A stretch of 64,000 nucleotides of DNA from a virus. The position numbers were made by a program, and so were the translations under genes. Position 1 is the first letter of the stretch. The number at the start of each line of letters is the position of its first letter. A model generated the notes under the pieces. That model was not told the DNA's origin. It worked only from the letters and a program-made list of their open reading frames with translations, and did not search any database. Where the stretch lies: IMG/VR virus record IMGVR_UViG_3300042343_000261, positions 6,988 through 70,987 of that record; one strand, written 5' to 3'. Shown here piece by piece: positions 19,473 through 31,088 of this stretch.

Positions 19473-19975
19473 TCAGGTAAAACTGCATTTAATAAAAATA
19501 ATTGAGTTAGTTTAGTTGGTTCTAAACTATACCAGATCCAAGGTCTAATATAAATGTAATCATTCTTTTTTAAATTAATACTATTAACTGTTGACCATTT
19601 ACTAGGATCGTAACAATTATCCGCAATAAATGTATCTAATTTATCTATAACATCAAATACAGTTTTTACGGTATCTTGTTCATGGATTGTCAACACAGTA
19701 TCTTCCATTGCAACTACAACTAACCATAGTGAATGCTGATAAAAATGTTCTACATGAATTATATCAGATGGTTTTCTAAAAATACCTGTATCTTGTTGTA
19801 TAGTAACATCAGAATTAATTTCATGTTTAAAAAATTCTTGTAATTCAGCTGGAACATAATTGAAATTTATAATTTCTTCGCCAAATAATGTTCGTTCAAA
19901 TTCCATTGAAGACATTAACATTTGTAATTGTTCTGAATTATTATACAACCCAGAACAATGAATAAAATTTTGCAT
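19469..19975 (-). CDS. Hypothetical protein, possibly a degenerate 2OG-Fe(II)/cupin-like fold
   Basis: 168-aa ORF coupled to its neighbours; only weak resemblance to the fold. Confidence 0.4.
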   Translation of the reverse strand: MQNFIHCSGLYNNSEQLQMLMSSMEFERTLFGEEIINFNYVPAELQEFFKHEINSDVTIQQDTGIFRKPSDIIHVEHFYQHSLWLVVVAMEDTVLTIHEQDTVKTVFDVIDKLDTFIADNCYDPSKWSTVNSINLKKNDYIYIRPWIWYSLEPTKLTQLFLLNAVLPE

Positions 19976-19979
19976 ATTT

Positions 19980-22784
19980 TTACCTTTTATATGTACTTAA
20001 ATATTTAAAAAAGAAATCTCTTTCAGTTTCTTCATCTAGGACATAAAATTCAATAACCTCGCCATTAACATTTTGAAATGCTAATTTTTCTGGTAATTTA
20101 CCTTTATACGCGATATTATTGATAGCGCAATAACTATAAAAATGTTGCACTACACCTAAAGATAATCTGATAGTCCAATCATCGCCGCAATTTTTTAATT
20201 CTTTATGCCACATCTCCATTCCGCGTTCAAGCCAAGTAAAGTCAGGTTTTGGATGATCTGTTATAAATTTACTCCAATAATCAACTAAGATATAATGTTT
20301 AGCAAAAACTCTATCTGGATATGTTCTAACATTTTTATAAATTAAATCAGAATTTCTACCTATAGATTTTCTTTTTAATAATTCATGATTAGCTAAACCA
20401 TAATGTAAAATCCAAGCATAATCTTGCCAAAACATTTTACCTAAGAAATGCTCACCGTCTTTAGATGGATATTCATGCACAACACCGGTAAATCTAATTT
20501 TACCTCGTTTAAATAATCTATCGTGCATCACATCAACGTTAATACCCATTTTATGAGAATCAAGTGACATACATTGCTTTTGTTTTAGTAACATACCATC
20601 ATAATAATCGCTAGTAATGTACTTAAATAGATTTTTCCAACTTTCAACTTGTTCGTCGGCGTCAATCCAAAAGATATAATCTCCAGATGCTTGATCAATA
20701 GAATAATTTCTAGCTCTAGAAAAATTACCTAACCCATCTTCTTCTAACCATTCTAAATCATAAATTTTATCTGTATATTTTTCAACAATTCGTTTAGTAT
20801 CATCAGTAGAACCGGTATCAACGACAATAATTTCATCTACAAATCCATCTAACGATTTTAAACAACGAGAAATATTATCTTCTTCATTTCTAACAATTAT
20901 GCAAGCAGAAATAGATTTATATGGTCTAGTTTTCATCCATTTTTCGTTATAATCAATTTTACCAAATTCAATATTATCGCCTTTAGAAGAATTAAACCAA
21001 AAAGAAATATTGCTACACGGTTCGTTTCTTCTACCTAACACATTGGCAGATGAGTGAATTAAAGTAAAATCTATGTTTTTTAATAATTGTTTAATATCAG
21101 ATCTTTCAAAATGATGAACGTGATTAAGTTCTACTTTATTCATTGTCATATTATCCCACGGTCCTGTTGGAGTAGTAAAATAAAATAACGTATCAAGTTG
21201 AGCTAATTTAGTTACTGTATTAAGAAATTCGTCAGTATCCTCAATATGTTCCATTACCTCGCCAAGAATAACTACATCGGGTTTAATATCATAATTTAAA
21301 ATATTAAATACAGAATCGCAAATAAATTTTAATTGAGGATATTTAGATTTATACTTTTTTTCAACAAAATCTAACACAGGCTTATAAGTATCAACTAATG
21401 TCATTTCTGAAATATTAAGAGAAAATCGTTTCAGTAATGGTAATGATAATACACCATCATTACTTCCTATGTCAACAATTTTTAATTTTTTACTAGGAGC
21501 TTTTTTAATAATATCATCAACTAAATTTATTAGATGAGTACCCCTTTCATCTAACATAAAATCTTCGTCTGAGTTATAATCTTCTCTAACTAATACAACA
21601 TTTTTATTGTAATAATCAGCATTATCTAACAATTTTCTATATTTTTCATCTCCTGTTAATTTATAAGCAGCTACTATATCTGAATTATAAACTAACTGGT
21701 CTAAAATTTTAGATTTATATTTTTCAAATCTTTTATTAAACATAGAATCAATTTCTCTGTTCCAAGATTTGGCTACGTTTTGCCAAGAATATTTTTCAAT
21801 ATCTACTCGCGCCTTATCTACAGCTTGATCATACAAATCTTTATCTTGATATTTTTTTACTAATGATAAAAATTCATCAAAATATTCTTGTGTATCGTAT
21901 TTTGATTTAACTGTAGTTTGAGATTTAACAGTTTCTGATAATGCAAAATTATGTGTAGCAATAATCATACATTCATTATATTGAGCTTCAATAGCATTAA
22001 TACAACTAATTTCAGGAAAATCTGTTGGATATAGCATGTATGCGCAATTAGAAAGTAATTCATAATATTCGCGTTTAGGTAAATTACCTATCATTTTAAC
22101 ATTAGTTGAATACTCTAATAATTCTTCAACCTCATTATAAATTTTTTGAACTTCTTCCGGAGTTCCTAGTGTATGCTCATATCCGCATAAATGTAATATT
22201 GCATCAGGATTAATATCTAACACTTCTGGCCATATTTTTTCAAGTAGATATTTCAATCCTCGTTCGGGTCTAGAAGCATAGATATAATTATTTTTCTTTT
22301 CTTCAAATGATTTTTTTGTTGTTATAATTGACTGATCATAACCATTAGAAGTTTTCCAAATATAATTAGTTGGTTCAATAGTATAATTGTTAACAAATAA
22401 CGATTTATGATATTCACTTAAACAAAATACTCTATCTGCTACGCCCATAGCATCACGAAAATTATTAGAATCAATATCATGACACCAAAGAACGTTAAGT
22501 TTTGAATCTAATGGAACTGCTAGAAAATCTGTAAATCTACTTACAATTACAACATCAAATTGAGAAATATCATCTGCCATATATTTTTCTAATGGTCGAT
22601 AATCAACATTATCATAAATTCCAGGTTTATCGCATTTACAATAAACTGTTACTTCATGACCTAAGGCTGCAGTTTCTTTAGCCATATAGATCAAGGCTGA
22701 TTCTGACCCACCTAACGCTTTTTCGTAAACTGAATTACCATTAAATTCTAATCCAGCAGTTACAAAACAAATACTTTTATTCAT
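19980..22784 (-). CDS. Three-domain enzyme: GT4-like glycosyltransferase + SAM methyltransferase + GT2 glycosyltransferase
   Basis: GT-B: LGGSE, YASRPERGL, FPEISCINAIEAQ. MTase: VDIGSNDG, GEVMEHIED. GT-A: SACIIVRNEE, VDTGSTDDT, NFSRARN, WIDADE. Confidence 0.88.
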   Translation of the reverse strand: MNKSICFVTAGLEFNGNSVYEKALGGSESALIYMAKETAALGHEVTVYCKCDKPGIYDNVDYRPLEKYMADDISQFDVVIVSRFTDFLAVPLDSKLNVLWCHDIDSNNFRDAMGVADRVFCLSEYHKSLFVNNYTIEPTNYIWKTSNGYDQSIITTKKSFEEKKNNYIYASRPERGLKYLLEKIWPEVLDINPDAILHLCGYEHTLGTPEEVQKIYNEVEELLEYSTNVKMIGNLPKREYYELLSNCAYMLYPTDFPEISCINAIEAQYNECMIIATHNFALSETVKSQTTVKSKYDTQEYFDEFLSLVKKYQDKDLYDQAVDKARVDIEKYSWQNVAKSWNREIDSMFNKRFEKYKSKILDQLVYNSDIVAAYKLTGDEKYRKLLDNADYYNKNVVLVREDYNSDEDFMLDERGTHLINLVDDIIKKAPSKKLKIVDIGSNDGVLSLPLLKRFSLNISEMTLVDTYKPVLDFVEKKYKSKYPQLKFICDSVFNILNYDIKPDVVILGEVMEHIEDTDEFLNTVTKLAQLDTLFYFTTPTGPWDNMTMNKVELNHVHHFERSDIKQLLKNIDFTLIHSSANVLGRRNEPCSNISFWFNSSKGDNIEFGKIDYNEKWMKTRPYKSISACIIVRNEEDNISRCLKSLDGFVDEIIVVDTGSTDDTKRIVEKYTDKIYDLEWLEEDGLGNFSRARNYSIDQASGDYIFWIDADEQVESWKNLFKYITSDYYDGMLLKQKQCMSLDSHKMGINVDVMHDRLFKRGKIRFTGVVHEYPSKDGEHFLGKMFWQDYAWILHYGLANHELLKRKSIGRNSDLIYKNVRTYPDRVFAKHYILVDYWSKFITDHPKPDFTWLERGMEMWHKELKNCGDDWTIRLSLGVVQHFYSYCAINNIAYKGKLPEKLAFQNVNGEVIEFYVLDEETERDFFFKYLSTYKR

Positions 22785-22786
22785 AA

Positions 22787-23398
22787 TTAATTTACTCTCT
22801 TATAGGCTTTTTTATGTTTAGATATAGCAAATATTTCAAATCCGCCTGTTAACATTTTATCTTCAATTTGTTGATGATCGTAATATGGAATATCATCAAA
22901 TATTATAATTCCATTCATAGAGAGTCTAGGAATAAAAAAATCTGCTTCTAGCAATACGGCATCTGTACAGTGAGGACCGTCAATAAATACTAAAGCATAG
23001 TTGGATTCGATTGTTTTAACTTGATTATACACTGGAATACCGTCAGAATATCTAGAGAAAAATTCAGTATCTTCTAAATTAAAAAATTGAAAATTAAATC
23101 CTAAATCAGTTATATAAGAAAATAAATTAGGAATCGTTTCGTCTCTCATACGATTATTATAATCAAATTTTATAGCTAAATGCAAATCGCTAGAAGCATA
23201 ATCTATATTTCCGTAAGGATCAACACAAACAAATACTCTATTAGTATCTTCAAATCGTTCTAAAGAATCTGCGATTAGTATTGCAGATCCACCTTTTCGA
23301 GTCCCTAACTCTATTATATTTCCAAAGATATTATTTTTTGAAATATATTCACAAGCATCATTTAATATTTCATAATCTATACTATCAGTTTCAAACAT
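22787..23398 (-). CDS. Class I SAM O-methyltransferase (TylF/Methyltransf_24-like)
   Basis: IIELGTRKGGS, VDPYG, LVFIDGPH, GIIIFDD. Confidence 0.82.
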   Translation of the reverse strand: MFETDSIDYEILNDACEYISKNNIFGNIIELGTRKGGSAILIADSLERFEDTNRVFVCVDPYGNIDYASSDLHLAIKFDYNNRMRDETIPNLFSYITDLGFNFQFFNLEDTEFFSRYSDGIPVYNQVKTIESNYALVFIDGPHCTDAVLLEADFFIPRLSMNGIIIFDDIPYYDHQQIEDKMLTGGFEIFAISKHKKAYKRVN

Positions 23399-24821
23399 TA
23401 TATTTTTCCTTTAATACAGCTTTTAGTTCGTCATATACTTCATTCCAAATTTCCGGAGTAACTTGTCTAATTAACCTTACGTTTTCTCCATACCAACTAG
23501 AATTTGGTTTACCTTCGGCCCAGACATAATATTCCATGATAGGAATTAATATAATAACTTGTTTACCTAGCGCAGCCGCTGCATGTGCAACTGAAGTACA
23601 CGAAGTTATTACTAAATCTAGGTTATGGATTACACCTAGTAAATCTTCAAATGTACTTAACTCAAATTGCAAATCAACAACTTCATTATGATTTTCTAAT
23701 TGCGCTAACCCAACATCTCGTTGAATAGAATATAAACTCCAGTTATTGCCTTCTGGTAAGGAATTTATAACTTCTGTTAAATTAACGCTGCGATGTAATT
23801 CATGATCATATCTTGGATTGCCTGCCCATCGCAACCCAACTTTAAATTCTCCAGATAATTTATGTTTCTCAATATAGTCAGGTTTAGCTTGTAAATAAGG
23901 GCCGTACCATAAATCGTTAGCATCAATTCCTAATGTTTTTGGTAATGCCATCATTGGAGTCCAACAATCATAATCTTCTTTTTTATAGTCTGAAATATCA
24001 ATAATTTTTTCAAATGGTAAATGATTGTAAATTGTATGTACTTTATGAGTAGTCATAATAGAAACTTTCATACCAAGATCTCTTAAATGTTTTACAAATC
24101 TAACATTAATAATCTCGTCGCCAATGCCGCCTTCACCTACTATTAATATATGTAAATTTGGTTTTGGTTTACCGTTCCATTCAGGGATATCCCAAACTTT
24201 AGAATATGATCCAAATACATTTAACTTTCTACCAATGTAAAGGTGTTCCATACCTTTTTTAAAATCTCCATCTTGAATATAATGCACTCCAAGATTAAAT
24301 AAGATCGAATCCGCTTCTCGTTGATCGTATTTCCATAAATTTTCTTCCATTGATTTAACAATATCATAAGATTCTTGTTTTTTATTACACGCAAATAATG
24401 CAGCTGAATAATCTAATAGATAGCGATCATTATCTTGAATATTATCCATAACAAATTCATAATATTCTACAGATTTAGTTGGCTTATTTGCTGACAAATA
24501 AATTTTAGCTAAATTAGACTTAATTGCTACAGTTTGTTCAATAGCTTTAGATAGCGATAATGCTTTTTCGCCATATTCTATAGCAGTAACAAATCTTTTT
24601 GCTTTATCATAAGAATAACTATATAAATCATAACCTAAAATATCAAGAGGAACTATTTTATTTTTTTCAAATAGTTCCATTAAATTTACTATTTCGTCTA
24701 ATAAATCCGATCTTGATAAAATATCAACTGTTTGCTTTACTGCATCATAATCTGTAGCCATTATTTTCCAATTCCAAAATAAACTCGTATTCCGATGATG
24801 ATAATTTTTCTTCAGGAACAC
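23391..24821 (-). CDS. TPR-containing glycosyltransferase (GT9-like C-terminus)
   Basis: Helical TPR-like N-terminus; W.G...GEGGIGDEI...R, VGLRWAGNP, LDLVITSCTSVAHAAAALGK, W...SSWY. True start may be MATD at 24761. Confidence 0.8.
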   Translation of the reverse strand: MFLKKNYHHRNTSLFWNWKIMATDYDAVKQTVDILSRSDLLDEIVNLMELFEKNKIVPLDILGYDLYSYSYDKAKRFVTAIEYGEKALSLSKAIEQTVAIKSNLAKIYLSANKPTKSVEYYEFVMDNIQDNDRYLLDYSAALFACNKKQESYDIVKSMEENLWKYDQREADSILFNLGVHYIQDGDFKKGMEHLYIGRKLNVFGSYSKVWDIPEWNGKPKPNLHILIVGEGGIGDEIINVRFVKHLRDLGMKVSIMTTHKVHTIYNHLPFEKIIDISDYKKEDYDCWTPMMALPKTLGIDANDLWYGPYLQAKPDYIEKHKLSGEFKVGLRWAGNPRYDHELHRSVNLTEVINSLPEGNNWSLYSIQRDVGLAQLENHNEVVDLQFELSTFEDLLGVIHNLDLVITSCTSVAHAAAALGKQVIILIPIMEYYVWAEGKPNSSWYGENVRLIRQVTPEIWNEVYDELKAVLKEKYNV

Positions 24822-25563
24822 AAATAAAATTTATATCCAAAACAAAAGTTTTATAACCTAACGATTCAATTAACGTTTTTAGTTCAGTTGCACCGTTATA
24901 TTGCTTATAATATTCAATATACATTAGTGGTCTGTGCTTGTTAATTGTAGCAACAGCACCATTAACTACGTCTAGTTCCATCCCTTCAACATCAACTTTA
25001 ATAATAGAAATATTTTCTATATCTTTAAAGTATTCATCAATAACAATTTGATCAACAATTTCGCCATTACCAAAATCTAGATCTTGGCCAACATCATCAA
25101 ATTCTCCAGTAAGACCTACACTACCAAAACTAGCCGGTTTATAATAATCTACTTTAGGTACAGTTATCGGTTTAGTAGACGATCCGACTGCAGTTTTTTC
25201 CGCATATACGTTATCTACGCTGTTTAATGCTAAGTTACCACATAGCATTTGATAGATCTGACGTTGCGGTTCAAATGCATACACAGTTCCGTTTGCTGGT
25301 AAAATTGCATCAGCAACTTGGACAGAGAACGCGCCGATGTTAGCACCAACATCAATCACTGCAGGATACTTTTTATCTTTAAGATACTGGCGTAAGATCC
25401 ACATTAATTCCATATTTTCTGAACCCATGTTCATTAAATGATATCCAACTCCGGGAAAATTTTCTGTAGGATTATAATCAAATCGGTTTACTATCATCAT
25501 ACCAAACTCAGTTGGTATTATAACATTTCTTCTCGGTTTTCCTATCATTTCATGTTCTTCCAA
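24745..25563 (-). CDS. FkbM-family methyltransferase
   Basis: VIDVGANIG, VYAFEPQ, IKVDVEGME..V..GA...I...RP. Confidence 0.9.
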   Translation of the reverse strand: MEEHEMIGKPRRNVIIPTEFGMMIVNRFDYNPTENFPGVGYHLMNMGSENMELMWILRQYLKDKKYPAVIDVGANIGAFSVQVADAILPANGTVYAFEPQRQIYQMLCGNLALNSVDNVYAEKTAVGSSTKPITVPKVDYYKPASFGSVGLTGEFDDVGQDLDFGNGEIVDQIVIDEYFKDIENISIIKVDVEGMELDVVNGAVATINKHRPLMYIEYYKQYNGATELKTLIESLGYKTFVLDINFICVPEEKLSSSEYEFILELENNGYRL

Positions 25564-26324
25564 AAATCCATTTCTTCTAAATGGTTAAATAAATCTGGCG
25601 GAAGAATTGTTTGACGTTCTTTAAATTGAACTTTATTTCTAACGTGATGTAACCCTTTAATGTTCATATCAAAATCAAATTCGTCGTAATCACCAACTAC
25701 ATTATCAAAATCATGATCAAACCAAGATTCTCCAATAAATTCATAAATTTTCTTCATGACTAATTTAGGATTCTTAGCCAATTGATCATATTGCACTACC
25801 ATAACATTTTCTTTTTTTGCACCAAATAACGCTTCTTTAACACCATTATATGCAAACCCAACAAATGAACTAGGGTCTGTTAAATACTGTGCTCTAGAGT
25901 AAACAGACATTCCTGCTCCTTCCGGAAACATAGACGGAACATCGTATGGATTTTTAGCAAATAAAGTTTCAAATGAATCTACAATCCACGGAATTGATCG
26001 TATACAAACAATAATTTTTGCATCTGGATATAAATCAGCCAATAACGGCGTTAGATAAGTCCAACCTCGATTAGTATCAAACACTACGTCATTTGAATCT
26101 TTATAGTAAGTTTCTGTAACAGAATGGATTAATTCTTTGCGTTTTTCTGGAGGGCATTGGAATCTATATCCGCCCTGTGATTGACTTTCTTGAATAATAG
26201 CTCGTGTAAATCTAGCAAGTGGACCAGAAATACTTGCTCCAAAATTTGGATTTTGGTGTAAAATGGAGGAAAGAAGGGTTGTTCCAGAACGAGGCAACCC
26301 TGAGATAAAATGAATTTTTTGCAT
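25545..26324 (-). CDS. PAPS-dependent sulfotransferase
   Basis: 5'-PSB loop FISGLPRSGTTLL; 3'-PB-like IIVCIR.......S; YDQL..NP...M..IY.FIG. Confidence 0.88.
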   Translation of the reverse strand: MQKIHFISGLPRSGTTLLSSILHQNPNFGASISGPLARFTRAIIQESQSQGGYRFQCPPEKRKELIHSVTETYYKDSNDVVFDTNRGWTYLTPLLADLYPDAKIIVCIRSIPWIVDSFETLFAKNPYDVPSMFPEGAGMSVYSRAQYLTDPSSFVGFAYNGVKEALFGAKKENVMVVQYDQLAKNPKLVMKKIYEFIGESWFDHDFDNVVGDYDEFDFDMNIKGLHHVRNKVQFKERQTILPPDLFNHLEEMDFWKNMK

Positions 26325-26356
26325 ATTGGCCTTTTTAAATAGTTTAATAAAACATA

Positions 26357-26385
26357 ATTTTACTATACTTAGTTCAAAAAGTCAA
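26357..26385 (-). promoter_or_regulatory. Sigma70-type promoter heading the modification operon
   Basis: TTGACT-N17-TAAAAT upstream of the sulfotransferase ATG. Confidence 0.65.
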
Positions 26386-26388
26386 GTG

Positions 26389-27021
26389 TTATTTTTTTTC
26401 TAAATCATATTCACGTAATTCAACTGTTGTTTGAATAGCATTAATTTCAGCAGTTTTTGTAGATTCCCAATTAAAACAATCTTGAATATGCGTCATTATA
26501 GAATTTACAATTAATTGTAAATCAGTTTTATTAATTACAAAAAACCCTTCTGGGAATTTCCATTCAGCAGAGTAATCATCATTCGTTAATAATAATGCTT
26601 GAGAATACATTACTCTAGTTTCTCTATCAGTATACAAAGTTAATATTTTTCCATTAATATCTCTTGTAATCGGAGTTGTTTCTTTAATCCAACGTAAGTT
26701 TGCCAATGCGGCTTTTAAATTAACTTTTATAGATTCTATAGGAAATTCTTGCGCGTAAAATTCTGCTATGTGATTATTAGATTCATCATAATAGAATTTT
26801 GGTCCAGCTATTTGATCAAATGTGTCATTAAGTTCTGTTGGATTAACAATTTGCGTTGGAACTAATTTTAAAGATTCATTAAAAATTAATGGTTCGCTTG
26901 GCGGATGTTCTATAGTAACTCGTTGATTTAATTCTTCAGAAACAAAGTGTTCAAAATATGCTTGATGCCAATCTCTCGGACCTGTTATTATATTTTCGTT
27001 TTTTAATAATGTGTATGCCAT
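26389..27021 (-). CDS. Tail fibre assembly-type protein (DUF4376-like)
   Basis: LA..RW.KE...TDRETR...WKF...HIQ.CF.WE pattern; located at the end of the fibre cluster. Confidence 0.6.
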   Translation of the reverse strand: MAYTLLKNENIITGPRDWHQAYFEHFVSEELNQRVTIEHPPSEPLIFNESLKLVPTQIVNPTELNDTFDQIAGPKFYYDESNNHIAEFYAQEFPIESIKVNLKAALANLRWIKETTPITRDINGKILTLYTDRETRVMYSQALLLTNDDYSAEWKFPEGFFVINKTDLQLIVNSIMTHIQDCFNWESTKTAEINAIQTTVELREYDLEKK

Positions 27022-27030
27022 TTTTTAACC

Positions 27031-28155
27031 TTATATTATTTTTAATGCTAATGTATAATACTGACCAGCACTAACTTGTCTCCAGTCACTTAAAGTTCCG
27101 ACTTGCGTTGGGCTGAATATATTGGTGGTATTTGATAATCCTAGTTGGCCATTGCCATTATACCCCCAGGTCCATAATGTTCCGTCTGTTTTGATCGCTG
27201 CTGTATAAAATACCCCGCCAGCAACTTGACTCCAACTACTTAAAGTGCCAACTTGTACTGGGCTACTTCTGTCAGCCGTATCAGATAACCCTAATCCTCC
27301 AAAACTATTATATCCCCAATTCCATAATGTTCCGTCTGTTTTAATCGCTGCTGTATGCATATATCCAGCAGCAACTTTGCTCCAATTGGACAAAGTTCCA
27401 ACTTGTACTGGGCTTGATCTGTGCGCGGTATCCGATAGTCCTAGTTGACCACTATTATTATAACCACACGCCCATAATGTTCCGTCTGTCTTACTTGCTA
27501 TTGTGTGCTTATATCCACAAGAAACTTGATTCCAGTTACTTAAAGTTCCAACTTGTACTGGACTACTTCTATTTGTTAAATCAGATAATCCTAGTTGACC
27601 TGTATTATTTAAACCCCAAGTCCATAATGTGTTATCTGTTTTAATCGCGGTTGTGTGCATTCCACTCCCGCTAGCAACTCGACTCCAGTTACTTAAAGTT
27701 CCAACTTGTACTGGACTACTTCTATTTGTTAAATCAGATAATCCTAAGTTACCTTGACCATTATAACCGCAAGCCCATAATGTTCCGTCTGTCTTAATCA
27801 ATGCTGTATGATACTTTCCAAGAGCAACGTTACTCCAGTTACTTAAAGTTCCAACTTGTACCGGGCTTGATCTAGCAACTGTATTTGATAATCCTAATGC
27901 ACCAAAAAGATTATAACCCCACGCCCATAATGTTCCGTCTGTCTTAATTGCTACTGTATGTCGGTATCCAACAACAACTTGATTCCAGTTAGATGCAGTC
28001 CCGATTTGTACCGGACTACTTCTATTTGTTAAATCAGATAATCCTAGTTGGCCAGCATCATTATTCCCCCAAGCATACATATTCCCAGTTGCCTTAAACA
28101 TAGCCGTAGACATATATCTTGTTTGTAATTTTGTTCCAGTTACTTTATAAGTCAT
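27031..28155 (-). CDS. RCC1-repeat beta-propeller protein (~7 blades)
   Basis: 50-aa repeats [19 protein letters not shown]....RSSPVQVG. Confidence 0.92.
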   Translation of the reverse strand: MTYKVTGTKLQTRYMSTAMFKATGNMYAWGNNDAGQLGLSDLTNRSSPVQIGTASNWNQVVVGYRHTVAIKTDGTLWAWGYNLFGALGLSNTVARSSPVQVGTLSNWSNVALGKYHTALIKTDGTLWACGYNGQGNLGLSDLTNRSSPVQVGTLSNWSRVASGSGMHTTAIKTDNTLWTWGLNNTGQLGLSDLTNRSSPVQVGTLSNWNQVSCGYKHTIASKTDGTLWACGYNNSGQLGLSDTAHRSSPVQVGTLSNWSKVAAGYMHTAAIKTDGTLWNWGYNSFGGLGLSDTADRSSPVQVGTLSSWSQVAGGVFYTAAIKTDGTLWTWGYNGNGQLGLSNTTNIFSPTQVGTLSDWRQVSAGQYYTLALKII

Positions 28156-31088
28156 AATAGTGAAGCCAAAGTTGTATTATCCATTGCATAAACGCTAACG
28201 TATGTATTTAGCGTTCCGACTTGTACAGGGCTACTTGTATTAGTATAGTTTTCCTGACCTAATTGACCGGAACTATTTAAACCCCACGCCCAAAGAGTTC
28301 CATCCGTTTTTATAGCAACAGAATGATAGTTACTTGCTGCAATTTTGCTCCAATTAGATAAATTACCAATTTGCGTTATACTTGAACGATGAGTTACATC
28401 TCCTAATCCCAATTGACCATAACTATTATTACCTATAGACCAAAGAGTTCCATTAGTTTTTAAAAATAATCCATACGTTAATCCAGCAACGACTTTAGAC
28501 CAACCAGTATTTAACGATATTTGAATAGGGGAATACACGTTAGAACTAGATCTACCTAACCCGCCAAAATTATTATTTCCCCAAGCCCATAATGTATTAT
28601 CTGTTTTAATAGATAATGTGTGATAATATCCGCAAGAAACTTGACTCCAGTTACTTAAAGTACCAACTTGTACTGGGCTTGATCTATTTGTTTGATCAGA
28701 TAATCCTAATTGACCGGCAGCATTACTACCCCAAGCCCATAATGTTCCATCTATCTTAATCGATGCTGTATAAGTTAAGCCGCCGATGACTCGACTCCAG
28801 TTACTTAAAGTTCCGACTTGAACTAGGTTACTTCTATTCGCTATATCCGATAACCCTAATTGACCATTAGTATTATAACCGCACATCCATAATGTTCCAT
28901 CTGTTTTTACTGCTGCTATATGATGCCTGCCACCCGCTACTTGACTCCAGTTAGATAGAGTGCCAACTTGTACTGGGCTATATCTAAATGTTAAATCTCC
29001 TGATCCTAATTGACCCCAAGAATTATAACCCCAAGTCCATAATGTTCCATCGGTTTTAATCGCTGCTGTATGATAACCTCCTGTAACAATTTGACTCCAG
29101 TTAGATAAAGTTCCGACTTGTACTGGGCTTGATCTATCGGTTGTATCAGATAATCCTAATTGACCAGAACTATTCCGACCCCAAGTCCATAATGTTCCGT
29201 CTGTGTTTACTGCTGCTGTATGATACTGTCCACAAGCAACTTTACTCCAATTAGATAGAGTTCCAACTTGTACTGGACTCGATCTATGGGTTAAATTAGA
29301 TAATCCTAATTGACCATAACTATTATTTCCCCAAGCCCATAATGTATTATCTGTTTTAATAGATAATGTGTGATAATATCCGCAAGAAACTTGACTCCAG
29401 TTGGTTAAAGTTCCAACTTGCACTGGACTAGAATAATTTGTTATATTGTTAGTTCCTAATTGACCATAACTATTATTACCCCAAGTCCATAATGTTCCGT
29501 TTGTCTTGATCGCTAATGTATGGTAGAGTCCACTCGAAAATTTAGTATAAGTTGTGGCATTATATAACCCCGGATACGAAGGTAGTACAACTTTTTGAAC
29601 AACAGGATCAATACCAACTTGACCAAAACTATTTAACCCCCAACTCCAAAGCGTAGTATCTGATTTAATATAATAACCAAATCTATCGCCAAACGATGCT
29701 TCTATTGCAGCATCAATTACAACTGGCGCAGCAATAATAATTCCGTTTAATGACGAATTAACTTCACTCGGATTTATTGATGAATAATCAAAATGAGATT
29801 TTGCAGTTAACAAATAATCTGCATTATTACCAAATGCATACAAATTGCCATCAGACTTGATAGCAGCACCCCACGCAGTATTTTGAGTGCCTGTTGGGAA
29901 TTTGCTCCAATTGGCAGAAGACACTACTTGATTAAGATCAACACGGTATGAAGTAAGATTGTACCCTAGTTGACCAAAATTATTCAAACCCCAAATCCGC
30001 GTTCCGTCTGTGTTAATTGCTATTATATGATCAGCTCCGCAAGCAACTTTACTCCAGTTAGCTGCAATTCTGACTTGCACTGGGCTTGATCTACTGGCAG
30101 TATCTCCGAGTCCTAATTGACCATAAGCATTATAACCGCAAACCCATAATGTTCCGTCTGTCTTGATTGCTGCTATATGACGGTTACCACAAAAAATTTG
30201 GCTCCAGTTACTTAAAGTTCCGACTTGTACTGGACTTGATTTACTATTAAATGACTCGCCTATTCCTAATTGACCATAAAAATTATAACCACAAGTCCAT
30301 AATTGTCCATTTGAATTAATTGCTGCGGTAAGGTGATATCCGCAACTAACTTTACTCCAGTTATTTAAAGTTCCAACTTGTACTGGGCTTGATCTAGTTG
30401 CAGTATCAGATAACCCTAAGTTTCCATACAAATTATAACCCCAAGTCCACAATGTTCCATCTGTTTTAATTGCTGATGTATGGCGATATCCGCAAGAAAT
30501 TTGGCTCCAGTTGGTTAAAGTTCCGACTTGTACTGGGCTTGATCTATTTGTTAAATCAGATAATCCTAATTGACCAGAACTATTCCGACCCCAAGTCCAT
30601 AATGTTCCGTCTGTTTTTACCGCTGATGTATGATAATGTCCACTAGCAATTTTACTCCAGTTGGTTAAAGTTCCGACTTGTACTGGGCTTGATCTATGAG
30701 TTAAATTAGATAATCCTAATTGACCATAACTATTATTACCCCAAGTCCATAATGTTCCGTCTGTTTTAATTGCTGCTGCATGATAATATCCTTTGCCAGC
30801 AACTTGACTCCAGTTACTTAACGTTCCGACTTGTACTGGGCTTGATTTATTATATATATCGCCTAATCCTAATGCACCGAAACTATTCAAACCCCAAATC
30901 CATAATGTTCCGTCTGTCTTGATCGCTGCTGTATTAAGTAATCCGCAAGCAACTTGACTCCATGGTATATTACCAATTGAGGTTGGAGCTGAAGTTAAAA
31001 ACCGATAATTCCTACCAACTTCCCAAAGTGAGTTATCATTTTTTATTACATAATTTGAATTATTTTTTATACCATAATATTGAGCCAT
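28152..31088 (-). CDS. RCC1-repeat protein, 978 aa, multiple propellers
   Basis: Two tracts of near-identical 50-aa RCC1 repeats separated by degenerate blades. Confidence 0.92.
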   Translation of the reverse strand: MAQYYGIKNNSNYVIKNDNSLWEVGRNYRFLTSAPTSIGNIPWSQVACGLLNTAAIKTDGTLWIWGLNSFGALGLGDIYNKSSPVQVGTLSNWSQVAGKGYYHAAAIKTDGTLWTWGNNSYGQLGLSNLTHRSSPVQVGTLTNWSKIASGHYHTSAVKTDGTLWTWGRNSSGQLGLSDLTNRSSPVQVGTLTNWSQISCGYRHTSAIKTDGTLWTWGYNLYGNLGLSDTATRSSPVQVGTLNNWSKVSCGYHLTAAINSNGQLWTCGYNFYGQLGIGESFNSKSSPVQVGTLSNWSQIFCGNRHIAAIKTDGTLWVCGYNAYGQLGLGDTASRSSPVQVRIAANWSKVACGADHIIAINTDGTRIWGLNNFGQLGYNLTSYRVDLNQVVSSANWSKFPTGTQNTAWGAAIKSDGNLYAFGNNADYLLTAKSHFDYSSINPSEVNSSLNGIIIAAPVVIDAAIEASFGDRFGYYIKSDTTLWSWGLNSFGQVGIDPVVQKVVLPSYPGLYNATTYTKFSSGLYHTLAIKTNGTLWTWGNNSYGQLGTNNITNYSSPVQVGTLTNWSQVSCGYYHTLSIKTDNTLWAWGNNSYGQLGLSNLTHRSSPVQVGTLSNWSKVACGQYHTAAVNTDGTLWTWGRNSSGQLGLSDTTDRSSPVQVGTLSNWSQIVTGGYHTAAIKTDGTLWTWGYNSWGQLGSGDLTFRYSPVQVGTLSNWSQVAGGRHHIAAVKTDGTLWMCGYNTNGQLGLSDIANRSNLVQVGTLSNWSRVIGGLTYTASIKIDGTLWAWGSNAAGQLGLSDQTNRSSPVQVGTLSNWSQVSCGYYHTLSIKTDNTLWAWGNNNFGGLGRSSSNVYSPIQISLNTGWSKVVAGLTYGLFLKTNGTLWSIGNNSYGQLGLGDVTHRSSITQIGNLSNWSKIAASNYHSVAIKTDGTLWAWGLNSSGQLGQENYTNTSSPVQVGTLNTYVSVYAMDNTTLASLL

